Virus record (IMG/VR): IMGVR_UViG_3300026187_000035
Location: 1-37,817 of that record
Origin: a virus
Lineage: Duplodnaviria; Caudoviricetes
DNA: 37,817 bases
Strand: one strand, 5' to 3'
In this document: positions 25,847 to 36,700 of the stretch, piece after piece
Position numbering within the stretch: the first letter of the stretch is position 1
How the letters are laid out: every line of letters begins with the position of its first letter
The notes under the pieces: model-generated
What the model was told of the DNA's origin: nothing
The model's database searches: none
The model's input: the letters and a program-made list of their open reading frames with translations, nothing else
Made by a program: the position numbers and the translations under genes

Positions 25847-26602
25847 ATGGTTGAAGCCGTTGAAATAAAACAAGAAGAAACTACTGAAGAAAAACCAGTA
25901 GAACAAGCAAAAGTAGAAGAAGTAAAAAGGCCGGAAGGTTTACCAGAAAAATTTAAGACTGTCGAAGATATGGCGAAGTCTTATAGCGAACTGGAATCTA
26001 AATTAGGTGCAGAAGATAAATCTTTTGAAAATGAAAAAACAAAACCTGAACCTAAAAAAGATTTAGAAATAGAAGCCGACCAAAAAACTGCAGAAAAAGC
26101 AGTTGAATCAGCTGGTTTAAATATGGATCAGTTGCAAGCAGAATATGATGAAAAAGGAACATTAGACGATAAATCTTTTGCTGCTTTAGAAAAAGCAGGT
26201 ATTCCTAAATCATATGTTGATGCTTTTATTCAAGGCCAAGAAGCTGTCGCTACACAAATGCAAAATACAATTAAAGCAGAAGTTGGTGGCGAAGAATCAT
26301 ATTCTGAAATTGTTACTTGGGCAAAAGACGCACTAAATCCACAAGAAATTGCTGCATTTAATAAAACAGTTAATAGTAACGATATAGAAGCTGTTAAACT
26401 TGCAGTGACAGGTCTTAAAGCAAGACATGATGCTGTAAATGGTACAGATCCTAAATTAATTTCAGGAAAAGCAGGAACAGATACTGGTGGTGGATATAAT
26501 TCGTGGGCACAAGTTACTGCGGCAATGAAAGATGCTAGATATGCGAATGATCCAGCATTTAGATCAGAAGTACAAGATAAAATATCTAAATCAAAACTAT
26601 AG
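25847..26602 (+). CDS. Capsid scaffolding protein (gp9-like)
   Basis: LPEKF...SY.ELE, VGGEE.Y..WA, AMKD.RY..DPAFR. Confidence 0.93.
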   Translation: MVEAVEIKQEETTEEKPVEQAKVEEVKRPEGLPEKFKTVEDMAKSYSELESKLGAEDKSFENEKTKPEPKKDLEIEADQKTAEKAVESAGLNMDQLQAEYDEKGTLDDKSFAALEKAGIPKSYVDAFIQGQEAVATQMQNTIKAEVGGEESYSEIVTWAKDALNPQEIAAFNKTVNSNDIEAVKLAVTGLKARHDAVNGTDPKLISGKAGTDTGGGYNSWAQVTAAMKDARYANDPAFRSEVQDKISKSKL

Positions 26603-26613
26603 GAGATAAAAAT

Positions 26614-26721
26614 ATGCCTTATGGAAAAGGAACTTATGGTTCTAAAAGAGGACGACCAAGTAAAGCAGTAAAAGCAAAAGCTGCAAAAACAAAACCAACA
26701 AAAATGAGAAAGAAAAAATAG
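26614..26721 (+). CDS. Highly basic peptide, 35 aa (not in ORF track)
   Basis: AGGAG RBS; MPYGKGTYGSKRGRPSKAVKAKAAKTKPTKMRKKK. Confidence 0.7.
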   Translation: MPYGKGTYGSKRGRPSKAVKAKAAKTKPTKMRKKK

Positions 26722-26722
26722 T

Positions 26723-26857
26723 ATGGCTAGACGAGGACTTTACGCAAATATAAATGCTAGAAAAAAAGCAGGAACTTCTAGATCTAAATCTAAAAGTACT
26801 ATTAGTGCAAAATCTTATTCTAATATGAAAAAAGGTTTTCCTAAAAAGAAAAAATAA
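26723..26857 (+). CDS. Highly basic peptide, 44 aa (not in ORF track)
   Basis: MARRGLYANINARKKAGTSRSKSKSTISAKSYSNMKKGFPKKKK; starts 1 bp after the previous stop. Confidence 0.7.
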   Translation: MARRGLYANINARKKAGTSRSKSKSTISAKSYSNMKKGFPKKKK

Positions 26858-27007
26858 ATAGTTGTGCGACCTTCACAGGTGGCAACTGCGAAACATAATA
26901 AGTCAAAATAACTTGACCCTCTAAGGAGGACAATCTTGATTTATCAAAACTAGTTTATGTCGAGCTTTATTAAATAACAATTAACCATAAAATATAGGAG
27001 AATAATT

Positions 27008-27985
27008 ATGGCAGTAGCAGCACCGGCTAGCATAGGACGAATAAATGCAGCTGGAACAGAAGACGCGTTATTTCTTAAAGTTTTTTCAGGGGAAGTTTTA
27101 ACAGCCTTTGAAAGAGCTAGTGTAACGCAAGGAGCAGAGATGGTTAGATCTATCTCTAGCGGTAAGTCAGCGTCATTCCCAGTAATGGGCAGAATCGCGG
27201 CAGCTTACCACACACCTGGTGCAGAGATTGTTGGAACAGATGTTAATCATAACGAAAAAGTTATTACAATTAATGACTTGCTTGTTAGTTCAGCATTCTT
27301 ATCTAACATTGAAGAAGCAAAAAATCATTGGGACGTAAGATCAGCTTATTCAGCTGAGATCGGAAGAGCATTAGCTTTTCAAAAAGACAAACATATCTTA
27401 CAAACTATTGGTCAAGCGACTTTAGCATCAGCAAACATAACTGGTGGAGATGCGGGTACAGCATTAACTAATGTAGGTATCGCGTCAGCAACAGCAGCAA
27501 CAGCAGCAAACGCAATGATTGATTCATTATTTGATGCAGCTTCAGCTTTAGATTCACACTACGTTCCAAAAGAAGGTAGAAAATGTTTCTTAAGACTAGA
27601 AGAATACTATAAATTAGCAAACGCAACTAATGCAGTTAATATCGACTTTAGTGGTGGAGCTAATGGTGGTGTAGCAGAAGGTAAAGTAATGAAAGTAGCT
27701 GGAATTGAATTAATTCCAACTCCTCATTTCGTAGCAGCTAACGTAAACTCTGGTGTAGACCAAGGTTCAGCAACACAAGGTGGTTCTAACCCTCAAGCGG
27801 TAGACTTAACTAACTTTGTTGCACTTGTTTGTCATCCATCAGCGGCAGGAACAGTTAAATTAATGGATCTTGCAACTGAAATGGAATACGACATTAGAAG
27901 ACAAGGTACGCTAATGGTTGCTAAATACGCTATGGGTCATGGTGTATTAAGACCAGAAGCAGCAGTAGGAATTAAAGAAGCGTAA
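27008..27985 (+). CDS. Major capsid protein (gp10-like)
   Basis: ALFLKVFSGEVLTAF, GKSASFP..GR, YAMGHGVLRPEAA. Confidence 0.97.
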   Translation: MAVAAPASIGRINAAGTEDALFLKVFSGEVLTAFERASVTQGAEMVRSISSGKSASFPVMGRIAAAYHTPGAEIVGTDVNHNEKVITINDLLVSSAFLSNIEEAKNHWDVRSAYSAEIGRALAFQKDKHILQTIGQATLASANITGGDAGTALTNVGIASATAATAANAMIDSLFDAASALDSHYVPKEGRKCFLRLEEYYKLANATNAVNIDFSGGANGGVAEGKVMKVAGIELIPTPHFVAANVNSGVDQGSATQGGSNPQAVDLTNFVALVCHPSAAGTVKLMDLATEMEYDIRRQGTLMVAKYAMGHGVLRPEAAVGIKEA

Positions 27986-28008
27986 TAATTTACGTTACTT
28001 TATACTTA

Positions 28009-28056
28009 TATAAGGGGAGGCGACAACGGGAGACTGAAGTCGCCTCTTATAATTTA
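28009..28056 (+). terminator. Stem-loop after capsid gene (T-phi position)
   Basis: GAGGCGAC (28017-28024) pairs with GTCGCCTC (28039-28046); inner CGG-GAGA-CTG tetraloop; weak U tract. Confidence 0.65.
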
Positions 28057-28070
28057 ATTAAAGGAAAATA

Positions 28071-28676
28071 ATGGCATTTAGAATTACACCAACAACAGAA
28101 TTACAGGCAGTTAACACTTTACTAAGTATTATAGGTGAAGCTCCTGTCAGCAGTATTACAGGTAATACCGGTGTTGATGTTTCTATTGCATTACAGATTT
28201 TAGATGAAACTAATGTAGAAGTACAATCTCGTGGTTGGCATTTTAATACAGAAGCAGAAGTAAAATTAGCCTTAGATCAAAATAGCAAGATTCCAGTCGG
28301 TAGTAATGTAATACAAATTGATACTAGTAAAGATTACAGAACAGAATATGATATAACTTTTAGAAATGGTTTCTTATATGATTTAAAAAATAAAACAGAT
28401 GTATTTACGGTTGTTCCACTTGTTGATCAAGTAACAGTAGAACACTTTGAACATATTCCAGAATACGCAAGAAAATTAATAGTAATAAAAGCAGGAAGAA
28501 AATTCCAAGCTAGAATGGTAGGTTCATCAGAACTTGCTGGATTTACACAAGTAGACGAACAAGAAGCAATTATTAATTGTGAACGTTCTGATGCAAACAA
28601 CGGCGATTATAATGTTCTAAGCGGAAGTAATGATGTTTATAATATTATTAATCGAACAACAAGAAGAAGTTATTAA
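28071..28676 (+). CDS. Tail tubular protein A (gp11-like)
   Basis: TELQAVN.LL.IIGEAPV, VQSRGWHFN. Confidence 0.95.
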   Translation: MAFRITPTTELQAVNTLLSIIGEAPVSSITGNTGVDVSIALQILDETNVEVQSRGWHFNTEAEVKLALDQNSKIPVGSNVIQIDTSKDYRTEYDITFRNGFLYDLKNKTDVFTVVPLVDQVTVEHFEHIPEYARKLIVIKAGRKFQARMVGSSELAGFTQVDEQEAIINCERSDANNGDYNVLSGSNDVYNIINRTTRRSY

Positions 28677-31165
28677 TGCCCATAATATCACAAAGTATAC
28701 CAAATCTAATCAATGGGGTCAGCCAACAAACTTCGACACAACGAAATGAAACTCAGGCTGAACTACAGGAAAACGCACAATCAAGATTGGTTGAAGGTTT
28801 ATCTAAAAGACCTGCATTAAATTATACAGCAACATTAGATTCATCAAATGTATATCCAACTAACGCAGCGATTCATGGCGTACAACGTGATGCTAACAAT
28901 GCTTTTATAACAGCTTTTACAAACCAAGATGTTAAAGTGTGGAGTTTAGATGGCGTTAGTAAAACAGTAAGTTTTCCAAATGGAAATGCTTATTTAACAT
29001 CTACAAATCCAAAAGAAGATTTTAAATTTGTAACTGTTGCAGATTTTACTTTTGTTGTTAATAAATCAAAAATACCAGCAATGGCTACAGCAACATCAGC
29101 AGCAAAAATTGAAAGAGCATTAGTGTACGTAAAACAAAGTAACTATGGAAGAATTTATGCTGTAGCAGTTAAACATCCAAATATGTCGTATGAAATAGAA
29201 GTACAATTTCAAATGCCATCTGGAAATGATTATAGTACTGATGCTGCATTTAGAGACACAATGAAAATTGCTGATATTCTATGTTTTGGCACAGGATCAA
29301 CACATTGGAACGGATCAGCAAACGATATTGGATTTAAAACTATTAGAACAGATACAGGCGCAACATTAAGTACAACACAAGGACTTAAAAATTATTCTGG
29401 AATTACAAGTTATTTTACAACGACAAGATACACATCAACATTAGATATAAAACCAACTGACGGAAATGTTAATTACACTGTTGGAACTTCTGATGGTTTT
29501 GGTGGTAACGCTATGTATTCTGTAAAAGATGAAGTACAAGATTTTGCAGATTTACCATTTTATGCGCCAACAGACGCAATACTTAAAATTACTGGTGATG
29601 AAGGTGATATATTATCTGATTACTATGTTAATTTTAAAACTGAAGGTATTTGGAATGAAGTAGTTGGACCTGGTGTTGTGTTAGGTTTTGATGCAACAAC
29701 AATGCCACATGCACTAGTAAATAATAACAATGGCACATTTACATTCCAACAATTAACATGGAATTCAAGAATTTCAGGAGATGCAGATACAAATCCTAAT
29801 CCAACTTTTATTGGAAAGACTATAAATAATCTTACATTTTATAAAAATAGATTAGGAATTTTATCAGAAGAAAATGTTGTATTTAGTGAAAATGGAGAAT
29901 TTTATAATTTCTTTAAAACAACAGGAACAGATTCATTAGATACAGATACTATAGATATTGCGGCATCGTCAACACAAGTATCAACATTAAAACACGCGAT
30001 TGCGTACAACGAACAATTATTATTATTTTCAGATACAAACCAATTTATACTAAAATCTGATGGTACATTAACACCAGAATCAGCGTCAATTGTATCAACA
30101 ACAACATTCGAACACAATGCTGAAGTTGAACCAGTTGCTGTTGGTAGTTATATTTATTTTATTCAGAAAAAAGGAAATTTTAGTGCTGTTAGAGAATATT
30201 ATGCAGACAATGATACATTAACAAATGATTCAATAGATATTACTGCAGGAATATCATCTTATATACCTTCTAATGTAACATCATTATTGGCGTGTCCAAT
30301 GGAAGACACAATGTTTGCATTTCCGTATGATACAAAAGTTGGTGAATCAACATCGCCTTACTCAGTAAACTCAAATGTGACTCCTACTAATTCAAAAGAA
30401 ATTTATGTTTATAAATACTTTTGGGATCGTAATGAAAAAATACAAGCATCATGGTCTAAATGGATATTTGATGGTGTAGAGATTTTAGGTGGAATGATTA
30501 TTGAAAGTAAATTATATATGGTTGCTAACGATAAACAGAATTGTAAATTATACACAATAGATATTCAAAACTTAAACGAAACAAATTTAACATTTAGTGT
30601 AGCATTAGATCATAAAGTCGCATTAACAGGTACTTACGACTCAGCAACAGACAAAACAACTTACACATCTCCTTATGGAGAACGAACAGGTTTATTTGGT
30701 GTAGATGCAGCAACTGGTATTGATTTAACTATAACTAATTCAGGAGCCACATATTATGCTGAAGGTAATTATCCTAACGCAATATTTGGAACTAAATATA
30801 CAACAAAATATCAAATGTCGACTGTATATGTAAAAGAACCATCACCATCTGGTGGTAAGCTTTCGGTTACATCAGGACGTTTACAAGTAAGAAACATTGC
30901 TTTTGATTATGAAGACACAGGTTTCTTTCAAGTTAAAGTACAACCAGTCGATAGAACACTTAGAAGTTATACTATGAATGGCCAAATTATAAGTAATTCA
31001 TCTTTTACTATTGGAAGCGCTCCTATTGTTTCAGGGACATTTAATGTACCTGTTCAAGCAGAAAACACACAACATACAGTAACAGTCGAAACAGATTCTT
31101 ATTTACCTATGCATGTAGTTGCAGCAGAAATAGAAAGCTTTTATCATAGAAGGTCAAGAAGATAA
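28676..31165 (+). CDS. Tail tubular protein B (gp12-like)
   Basis: QSIPNLINGVSQQ, GLSKRP, TMPHALV, NRLG.LS, SWSKW, GRLQVR. Confidence 0.96.
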   Translation: MPIISQSIPNLINGVSQQTSTQRNETQAELQENAQSRLVEGLSKRPALNYTATLDSSNVYPTNAAIHGVQRDANNAFITAFTNQDVKVWSLDGVSKTVSFPNGNAYLTSTNPKEDFKFVTVADFTFVVNKSKIPAMATATSAAKIERALVYVKQSNYGRIYAVAVKHPNMSYEIEVQFQMPSGNDYSTDAAFRDTMKIADILCFGTGSTHWNGSANDIGFKTIRTDTGATLSTTQGLKNYSGITSYFTTTRYTSTLDIKPTDGNVNYTVGTSDGFGGNAMYSVKDEVQDFADLPFYAPTDAILKITGDEGDILSDYYVNFKTEGIWNEVVGPGVVLGFDATTMPHALVNNNNGTFTFQQLTWNSRISGDADTNPNPTFIGKTINNLTFYKNRLGILSEENVVFSENGEFYNFFKTTGTDSLDTDTIDIAASSTQVSTLKHAIAYNEQLLLFSDTNQFILKSDGTLTPESASIVSTTTFEHNAEVEPVAVGSYIYFIQKKGNFSAVREYYADNDTLTNDSIDITAGISSYIPSNVTSLLACPMEDTMFAFPYDTKVGESTSPYSVNSNVTPTNSKEIYVYKYFWDRNEKIQASWSKWIFDGVEILGGMIIESKLYMVANDKQNCKLYTIDIQNLNETNLTFSVALDHKVALTGTYDSATDKTTYTSPYGERTGLFGVDAATGIDLTITNSGATYYAEGNYPNAIFGTKYTTKYQMSTVYVKEPSPSGGKLSVTSGRLQVRNIAFDYEDTGFFQVKVQPVDRTLRSYTMNGQIISNSSFTIGSAPIVSGTFNVPVQAENTQHTVTVETDSYLPMHVVAAEIESFYHRRSRR

Positions 31166-31635
31166 TGCCAGGATATGTAAGAAAAGCAAAACCTACAGAT
31201 GCAATACATCTTAGCAAAATTATGCGACAAGAAGATATTGATGAAATAATGATTTCGCATGGTGTTAAACCAATTGTCGGTTTGCTATCATCATTCGAAT
31301 TAAAGAATTCAAAAGTTTATACAATGGTTGGCACTAATAATGAATGTATTGGTATGTTTGGTGTATCAGATTGTCCTTTTGTAAAAGGTTATGGTGTAGT
31401 TTGGATGTTATCAAGTGACGAATTATTAACTGATGCCAGACAATTTATAAAAGAATGTAGACAATGGGTAAGTAAATTAAATGAAGAATATAAAATTATT
31501 TATAATTGGGTGCATCCAGAAAATTGGAAAACTTTAAAATGGTTACAATTTTGTGGGTTTGAACCAAAAGCAAAACGTAAATATGGAATTAACAACGAGG
31601 AGTTTTTATTAGTAATGAGGCAAAAAAATGTGTGA
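31165..31635 (+). CDS. Internal virion protein A (gp13-like, GNAT-like fold)
   Basis: Position after tube B; R..D..E, GVVWML, N.V...N....KWL...GF. Confidence 0.8.
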   Translation: MPGYVRKAKPTDAIHLSKIMRQEDIDEIMISHGVKPIVGLLSSFELKNSKVYTMVGTNNECIGMFGVSDCPFVKGYGVVWMLSSDELLTDARQFIKECRQWVSKLNEEYKIIYNWVHPENWKTLKWLQFCGFEPKAKRKYGINNEEFLLVMRQKNV

Positions 31636-32158
31636 TCCAGTATCGATGGCAGTAGCTAACTTTGGTATTAAAGCTGTTGGAGCTTATTCAGAATATCAAG
31701 GACAGAAAAAAGCAGCGCAAGCACAAGCCGCAGCAAACGACCAAGCTGCAAGAGATGCTAACATTGCCTATGGTGAAGACTTAACAAGATTAGAAGCAGA
31801 AAGAATTGTTGCAAATGAAAAAAGTGCGAGAGAAAAGTTTAAAGCTAAAAGAGATAAATTAGACGCATTAGCAACAGCACAGGCAAACGCAGGCGAAGGC
31901 AAAGGCGATTTAATAGGTATGTTGAGAGATGTTGGTTTTGATGCAGATCTAGATACAAATATAATTGATGCAGGAATTGATGCATCTAATCAACAAGTAG
32001 CTTTTGGTCGTGATGACGCGTATGCTGCGATGAGAAGAACTATAGCAGGATTACCGCCAGTTACACCACCTAGTAAATTAGGTTTAATGTTACAAATAGG
32101 TTCTGCGGGTGTCGAATCAAGATCTAAATACAAGAAGGGAGATTACGGTAAAGTATAA
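31628..32158 (+). CDS. Internal virion protein B (gp14-like)
   Basis: MCDP start, Ala/Gln-rich, position. Confidence 0.8.
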   Translation: MCDPVSMAVANFGIKAVGAYSEYQGQKKAAQAQAAANDQAARDANIAYGEDLTRLEAERIVANEKSAREKFKAKRDKLDALATAQANAGEGKGDLIGMLRDVGFDADLDTNIIDAGIDASNQQVAFGRDDAYAAMRRTIAGLPPVTPPSKLGLMLQIGSAGVESRSKYKKGDYGKV

Positions 32159-33711
32159 TGGCATATCAAAGTACATTTCCAGGTGTTAACAGAGTTTCAA
32201 AAGATCCAAGTGGATTATTACAACTAGCTACGATATTACGTAGAGATGTAACTCCAGCATTAAATGCTTACACAGATTATAAAGGTAAAGAAATAACAGA
32301 AAAAACAGATAGAGAAGCTGAAATAAAAGCAAGATCTACTGAAGCAAAATCATACGCAACAGCAGTTGAGAGTGGCGAATTAGATGGCACACAATCACCT
32401 TATTGGCAATCGGTGTATGATAATGTCAAAGGTAAAAATCATGGTATTCAATTTAGTCTAAGTAAACAGACTAAGATGAACGAATGGATTCAAACTAATA
32501 TTGCAGAAAATCCAGAATGGGAAGATAAAGATGGAAGTCAATTCTTTGCTTGGAGTTCAAAATTTGATGCAGAGTATTTTGAGAAAAATTTAGGTAAGGA
32601 AAGTAATTTCTTTAAAAAAGGTTTAAATGGTATTATAGCACAATCGAATGCAAATCTTGGTACTAGTTATGTTTCTTATATAAAAGAACGACAACATACA
32701 CTTCTTAAAAAGAATTTAGAAAATGTAATTATTGATTCTTTTGAAAACTCTATTTATGTAGAATCAGAAGAACGTAGTCAGCTTGGAACAAAAAAAGACG
32801 AAAAGCTTTACACTAGTGAAATATACAGAGTTTTAGATACAGAAGGATCTAACGCTAAATTACTAGCAGGATTAAAAGGTAATGAATTTAATGAAATAGC
32901 ATTAGGAGCAGCACAATCACTTATAGAAAAATATGCGATTAAAGGTTCTCCAGATGCTAATTACAGAAAAGCATTTGCTGTATTAGAAGCTGTAAAAAAT
33001 TATAAAAGAAAAAATGGTTCAACATTGTTTAATGCAGAAACTACTAAAAAATGGGCTGAATTAGAACAAGAATTATATAGCGAACAAGAGTCACATGAAA
33101 AAATCATGGATCAAAATAGAAAACAACTTTTACAAAATGATTATATTAAAACAACATCAACTAATCTTGGATATAGATTTACTGGTGGGCCGATGGCTGT
33201 ATCAAGTGAGTTAAGTAAAGAAAAATCTAAAATTGCTATAGATGCATTTAGTCAAATTATGGAGATATATAATAAAGAAGCTAATCCTGATATGGATAAT
33301 ACAATTGATGCAAATGCCGCAAAACTATATGCAGATAATGTTTCTGATGAATTGTTTAAATATTATAGATACAAAGATGGTAGTCAATTAGAACCATTTG
33401 ATATTGCAAAATTTAAAAATAGAGAAAAAGAAAAGAATCTAAATAGTTTACCTTTCCAATTTAACAGTAAAGAACACGCAAACAACCAAATAGAACTATA
33501 TAAAAATAATGGTACTGGGATGATTGCTGACTTAATGGAAGAGTACGGTATTACAGACGCTAATGTTATTATTAAACAACAATTTGAAGTTTGGGATACG
33601 TTAAATACATCAGCTAAAGATGAAATAGAACAAAAATCAAAAGATGATGATGGTATTTTGGAACGTATATATAACGCAATTCCGTTTGTAGATAATTGGG
33701 ATGGAGATTAA
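32158..33711 (+). CDS. Internal virion protein C (gp15-like)
   Basis: Position and size; helical composition. Confidence 0.7.
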   Translation: MAYQSTFPGVNRVSKDPSGLLQLATILRRDVTPALNAYTDYKGKEITEKTDREAEIKARSTEAKSYATAVESGELDGTQSPYWQSVYDNVKGKNHGIQFSLSKQTKMNEWIQTNIAENPEWEDKDGSQFFAWSSKFDAEYFEKNLGKESNFFKKGLNGIIAQSNANLGTSYVSYIKERQHTLLKKNLENVIIDSFENSIYVESEERSQLGTKKDEKLYTSEIYRVLDTEGSNAKLLAGLKGNEFNEIALGAAQSLIEKYAIKGSPDANYRKAFAVLEAVKNYKRKNGSTLFNAETTKKWAELEQELYSEQESHEKIMDQNRKQLLQNDYIKTTSTNLGYRFTGGPMAVSSELSKEKSKIAIDAFSQIMEIYNKEANPDMDNTIDANAAKLYADNVSDELFKYYRYKDGSQLEPFDIAKFKNREKEKNLNSLPFQFNSKEHANNQIELYKNNGTGMIADLMEEYGITDANVIIKQQFEVWDTLNTSAKDEIEQKSKDDDGILERIYNAIPFVDNWDGD

Positions 33712-36700
33712 TGTCAGATATTTTAAATTTTAACGACTATGAATCTCAAAAGAAAAAATTAGAAGTATTAGATTTTAATGAATTAGAAAAAAATAAGAAA
33801 AAAGAACTAATACAATCCGGCGAAACTTACAACGATGAAGTAGAAAACGAAAGAGGTTTTGTAGATAATTTTATTGAAGGTTCTAAAGGTGTCGCTCAAG
33901 GTGGTATTAAAGGTGTGGAAGGTATGGCAGAATTTGTCAACATGGTTATTAATCCATGGATAGGCCTTGGTGAAGCAACCTGGAAATATACTGCAACTGG
34001 TGAATGGGATAAAGATTTATTACAAAAAGAATACTTTGCAGAAAAAATGGATATTGTTCCAGATTTTTTAGAAGTAGAAGAAGGTTCAGTTGCAGCATTT
34101 AATAGTGATGTAGTTGCTTTCTTTTCAAACTATGGCTTAATAACAAAAGGATTAAAACAAATACCTTTGTTAGCAAAAGATCCAACTAAACCATATAGAT
34201 TAGGAAAAGAATTAGTTGTTGGTGCACTTACAGATGTAACAGCATTCGATCCAGAAGATGGAACTGCTGTTGATTTCTTATTAGACCGTTATCCAGGATT
34301 ATCAAATCCAGTATTTAACTTTTTAACAACAGATGAAAATGATTCTGATGCTATGATTAAATTAAAACAAGCATTAGAAGGTGCTGGTATAACTGGTGGT
34401 ATACATATTATTGCTAAAGGTTTAGGTTTATTTAAACAATACAATCAAGGAGTTGTCGCTAGATATAAAGGCAAAAAATTAGAACAAGCTAAAATTATTG
34501 AAGAAGCAAACAACAAAGGTATTATTGTTGACGATGCAGCAGACGCAGCAGCTAAAATAAAAGAATCAGAATTTATTGGACCAAAACAAGTAAAGCCAAA
34601 ACCGGTTCCAAAACAAAAAGAAGTTTTATTAGACGAAAAACAATTAAATGAATCTATTAGAAATACAGACGACATTGTAAATGTAGACTTACCATTTAAT
34701 GTTAAAAACTGGAAAAGTGCTCTTGATGTACAAGTAGTTATTGAAAAAACTGTTAAAGCAATGCACCAGTCTTACAAAAATAAATGGGACAATGTATTAA
34801 CTAATAAACAAACTGACGAACTATCTGACATGATGGATATGGAAGCAGATGTACTTGCTAAAGGTTTATCAAGTGTAGATAATGTTGCAGAGCTTCCAAT
34901 AAGAGTTATTGCAACTAAAAAAGCATTACAAGGTTTAGGAGTAGAAGCAAAACGATTATCAAAAATTGTTGCTAAAGGTGGATCTGATATAACGACAAAA
35001 ACAGATTTAGCAAAAACACTTGCTATTATTGCAAAAACTACAGACGAATTAAAAGATGCAATTAAAGCAGCTGCTAGAACAACACAAGCAGGAAGAATTA
35101 AAACTGGTGCAGCTAAAATAGATATACAAGCAATTGCTGATATTACTAAAAACTTTGATGGCAATATAGAAGATTTTGCAAAACGTATTTCTAAATTAGA
35201 AGATTTTTCTGGTATCAAAAAAGCAATCGAAAGATCTTTTGCACAAAAGTCTTGGGATGTAATTACAGAAGTTTATATTAATGCTTTGTTATCAGGGCCA
35301 TTGACGCAAGTAATTAACTTAAGTTCTACATTTATAGAAACATTTTTAAGACCATTAGAATTATTAACTGGTGGAGCTTTAACTATTTATACTAAAAATG
35401 GTAGAAGATCTGTTAGATTAGCATTTTCAAGATACAGAGGATTAATAAGAGGAATAGATGATACATTAGTTTCAGTAGGAAGAGCTTTTAAAGAAGAAGA
35501 TCTATATGCTGATAAAATGGGTAGAATTATAGAAAACAAAGCACCAAAAGCTTTTTCATCTCAAAACTTTAATATTAAAAATAAAACTGGCGCTGCTATA
35601 TTTGATTTTGTTGGTGGAGCATTTAGATTACCATCAAGATTACTTGTAACAACCGACGAATTATTTAAACAAATTAATTACAGAGCAAAATTACATGAAA
35701 TGGCAGTAAATGGTGCATTAAATAAAAATCTTAAAGGTGCTAATTTTGATTCTTATGTCAGAAAATTTGAGAAAAAAGGTTTTGATAAATTAGGAAGATT
35801 TGTAAATGATGAAGCAAGAATGTATTCTAGAGAAGCTACATTTACACAAGAATTATCAGGCGGAGCTTGGTTAGATTTAGGTTCAAGATTTCAAGCACTA
35901 TCAAAAGGTTCATACAATCCATTTAGATTAATGTTACCTTTTGTTAGAACACCAACAAACTTATTTAGACACCAGATGCAAAGAATGCCTATAACAGGAT
36001 TATTACAAAAACGTAATTTTGATATGTTAAAAAAAGGCGGAGTACAAAGATCAGAAGTTATTGGAAGACAAGTATTAGGTTCGATGGTTATGTATAAAGC
36101 GTACGATCTTGCTATTAATGAACAAATTACTGGAAGAGGACCAAAAAATCCGGCATTAAGAGAAGCTTGGTTATTAACTCATAAACCTTATTCTAAAAAA
36201 GTAATTAAAGATGACGGAACAGTTGAATGGGTTGCTTACAACAGAATGGACCCAAGATTTATGTTTGTAGGTATTATTGCAGACTTAGTTCAATTTTTCG
36301 ATGAAGCAAATCCAGAAAGAGACAGAAATATTATGGCTGGCTTAATGGTTAGTTTAATTTCAAATATGACATCAAAAACATATTTATCTGGTGTTACTGA
36401 TTTAATGACAGCAATCGGAACTGAAAGTCCAACAAGATGGAATAGATTTTTACAAAATAGTGCATTAAGTTTTATACCTTATTCAAGTTTTATGAGACAA
36501 ACAAATAATGATGCGGCAATGAGAGAAGTAAGAACACTCGCTGATTCATATGATAATCTTACTTGGGGTGATGCAGAAAATGTTGCTCCTAAAAGAAACA
36601 TATTAGGTGAAATAGTTATAAAACCAAAAGGTGTATTTGGATTTCCGGTTAAAGATTGGTTGTTACCAATTGTTGGAAAAACAAGCACAACTGAAAGTAC

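Noticed and set aside
27960-28010. T7 10B-like capsid frameshift extension
   Set aside because: No slippery sequence is evident near the stop, and tandem stops plus a hairpin follow.
31165-31635. GNAT-like protein as a DNA-modification acetyltransferase
   Set aside because: Position and size match the standard T7 gp13 virion assembly gene.
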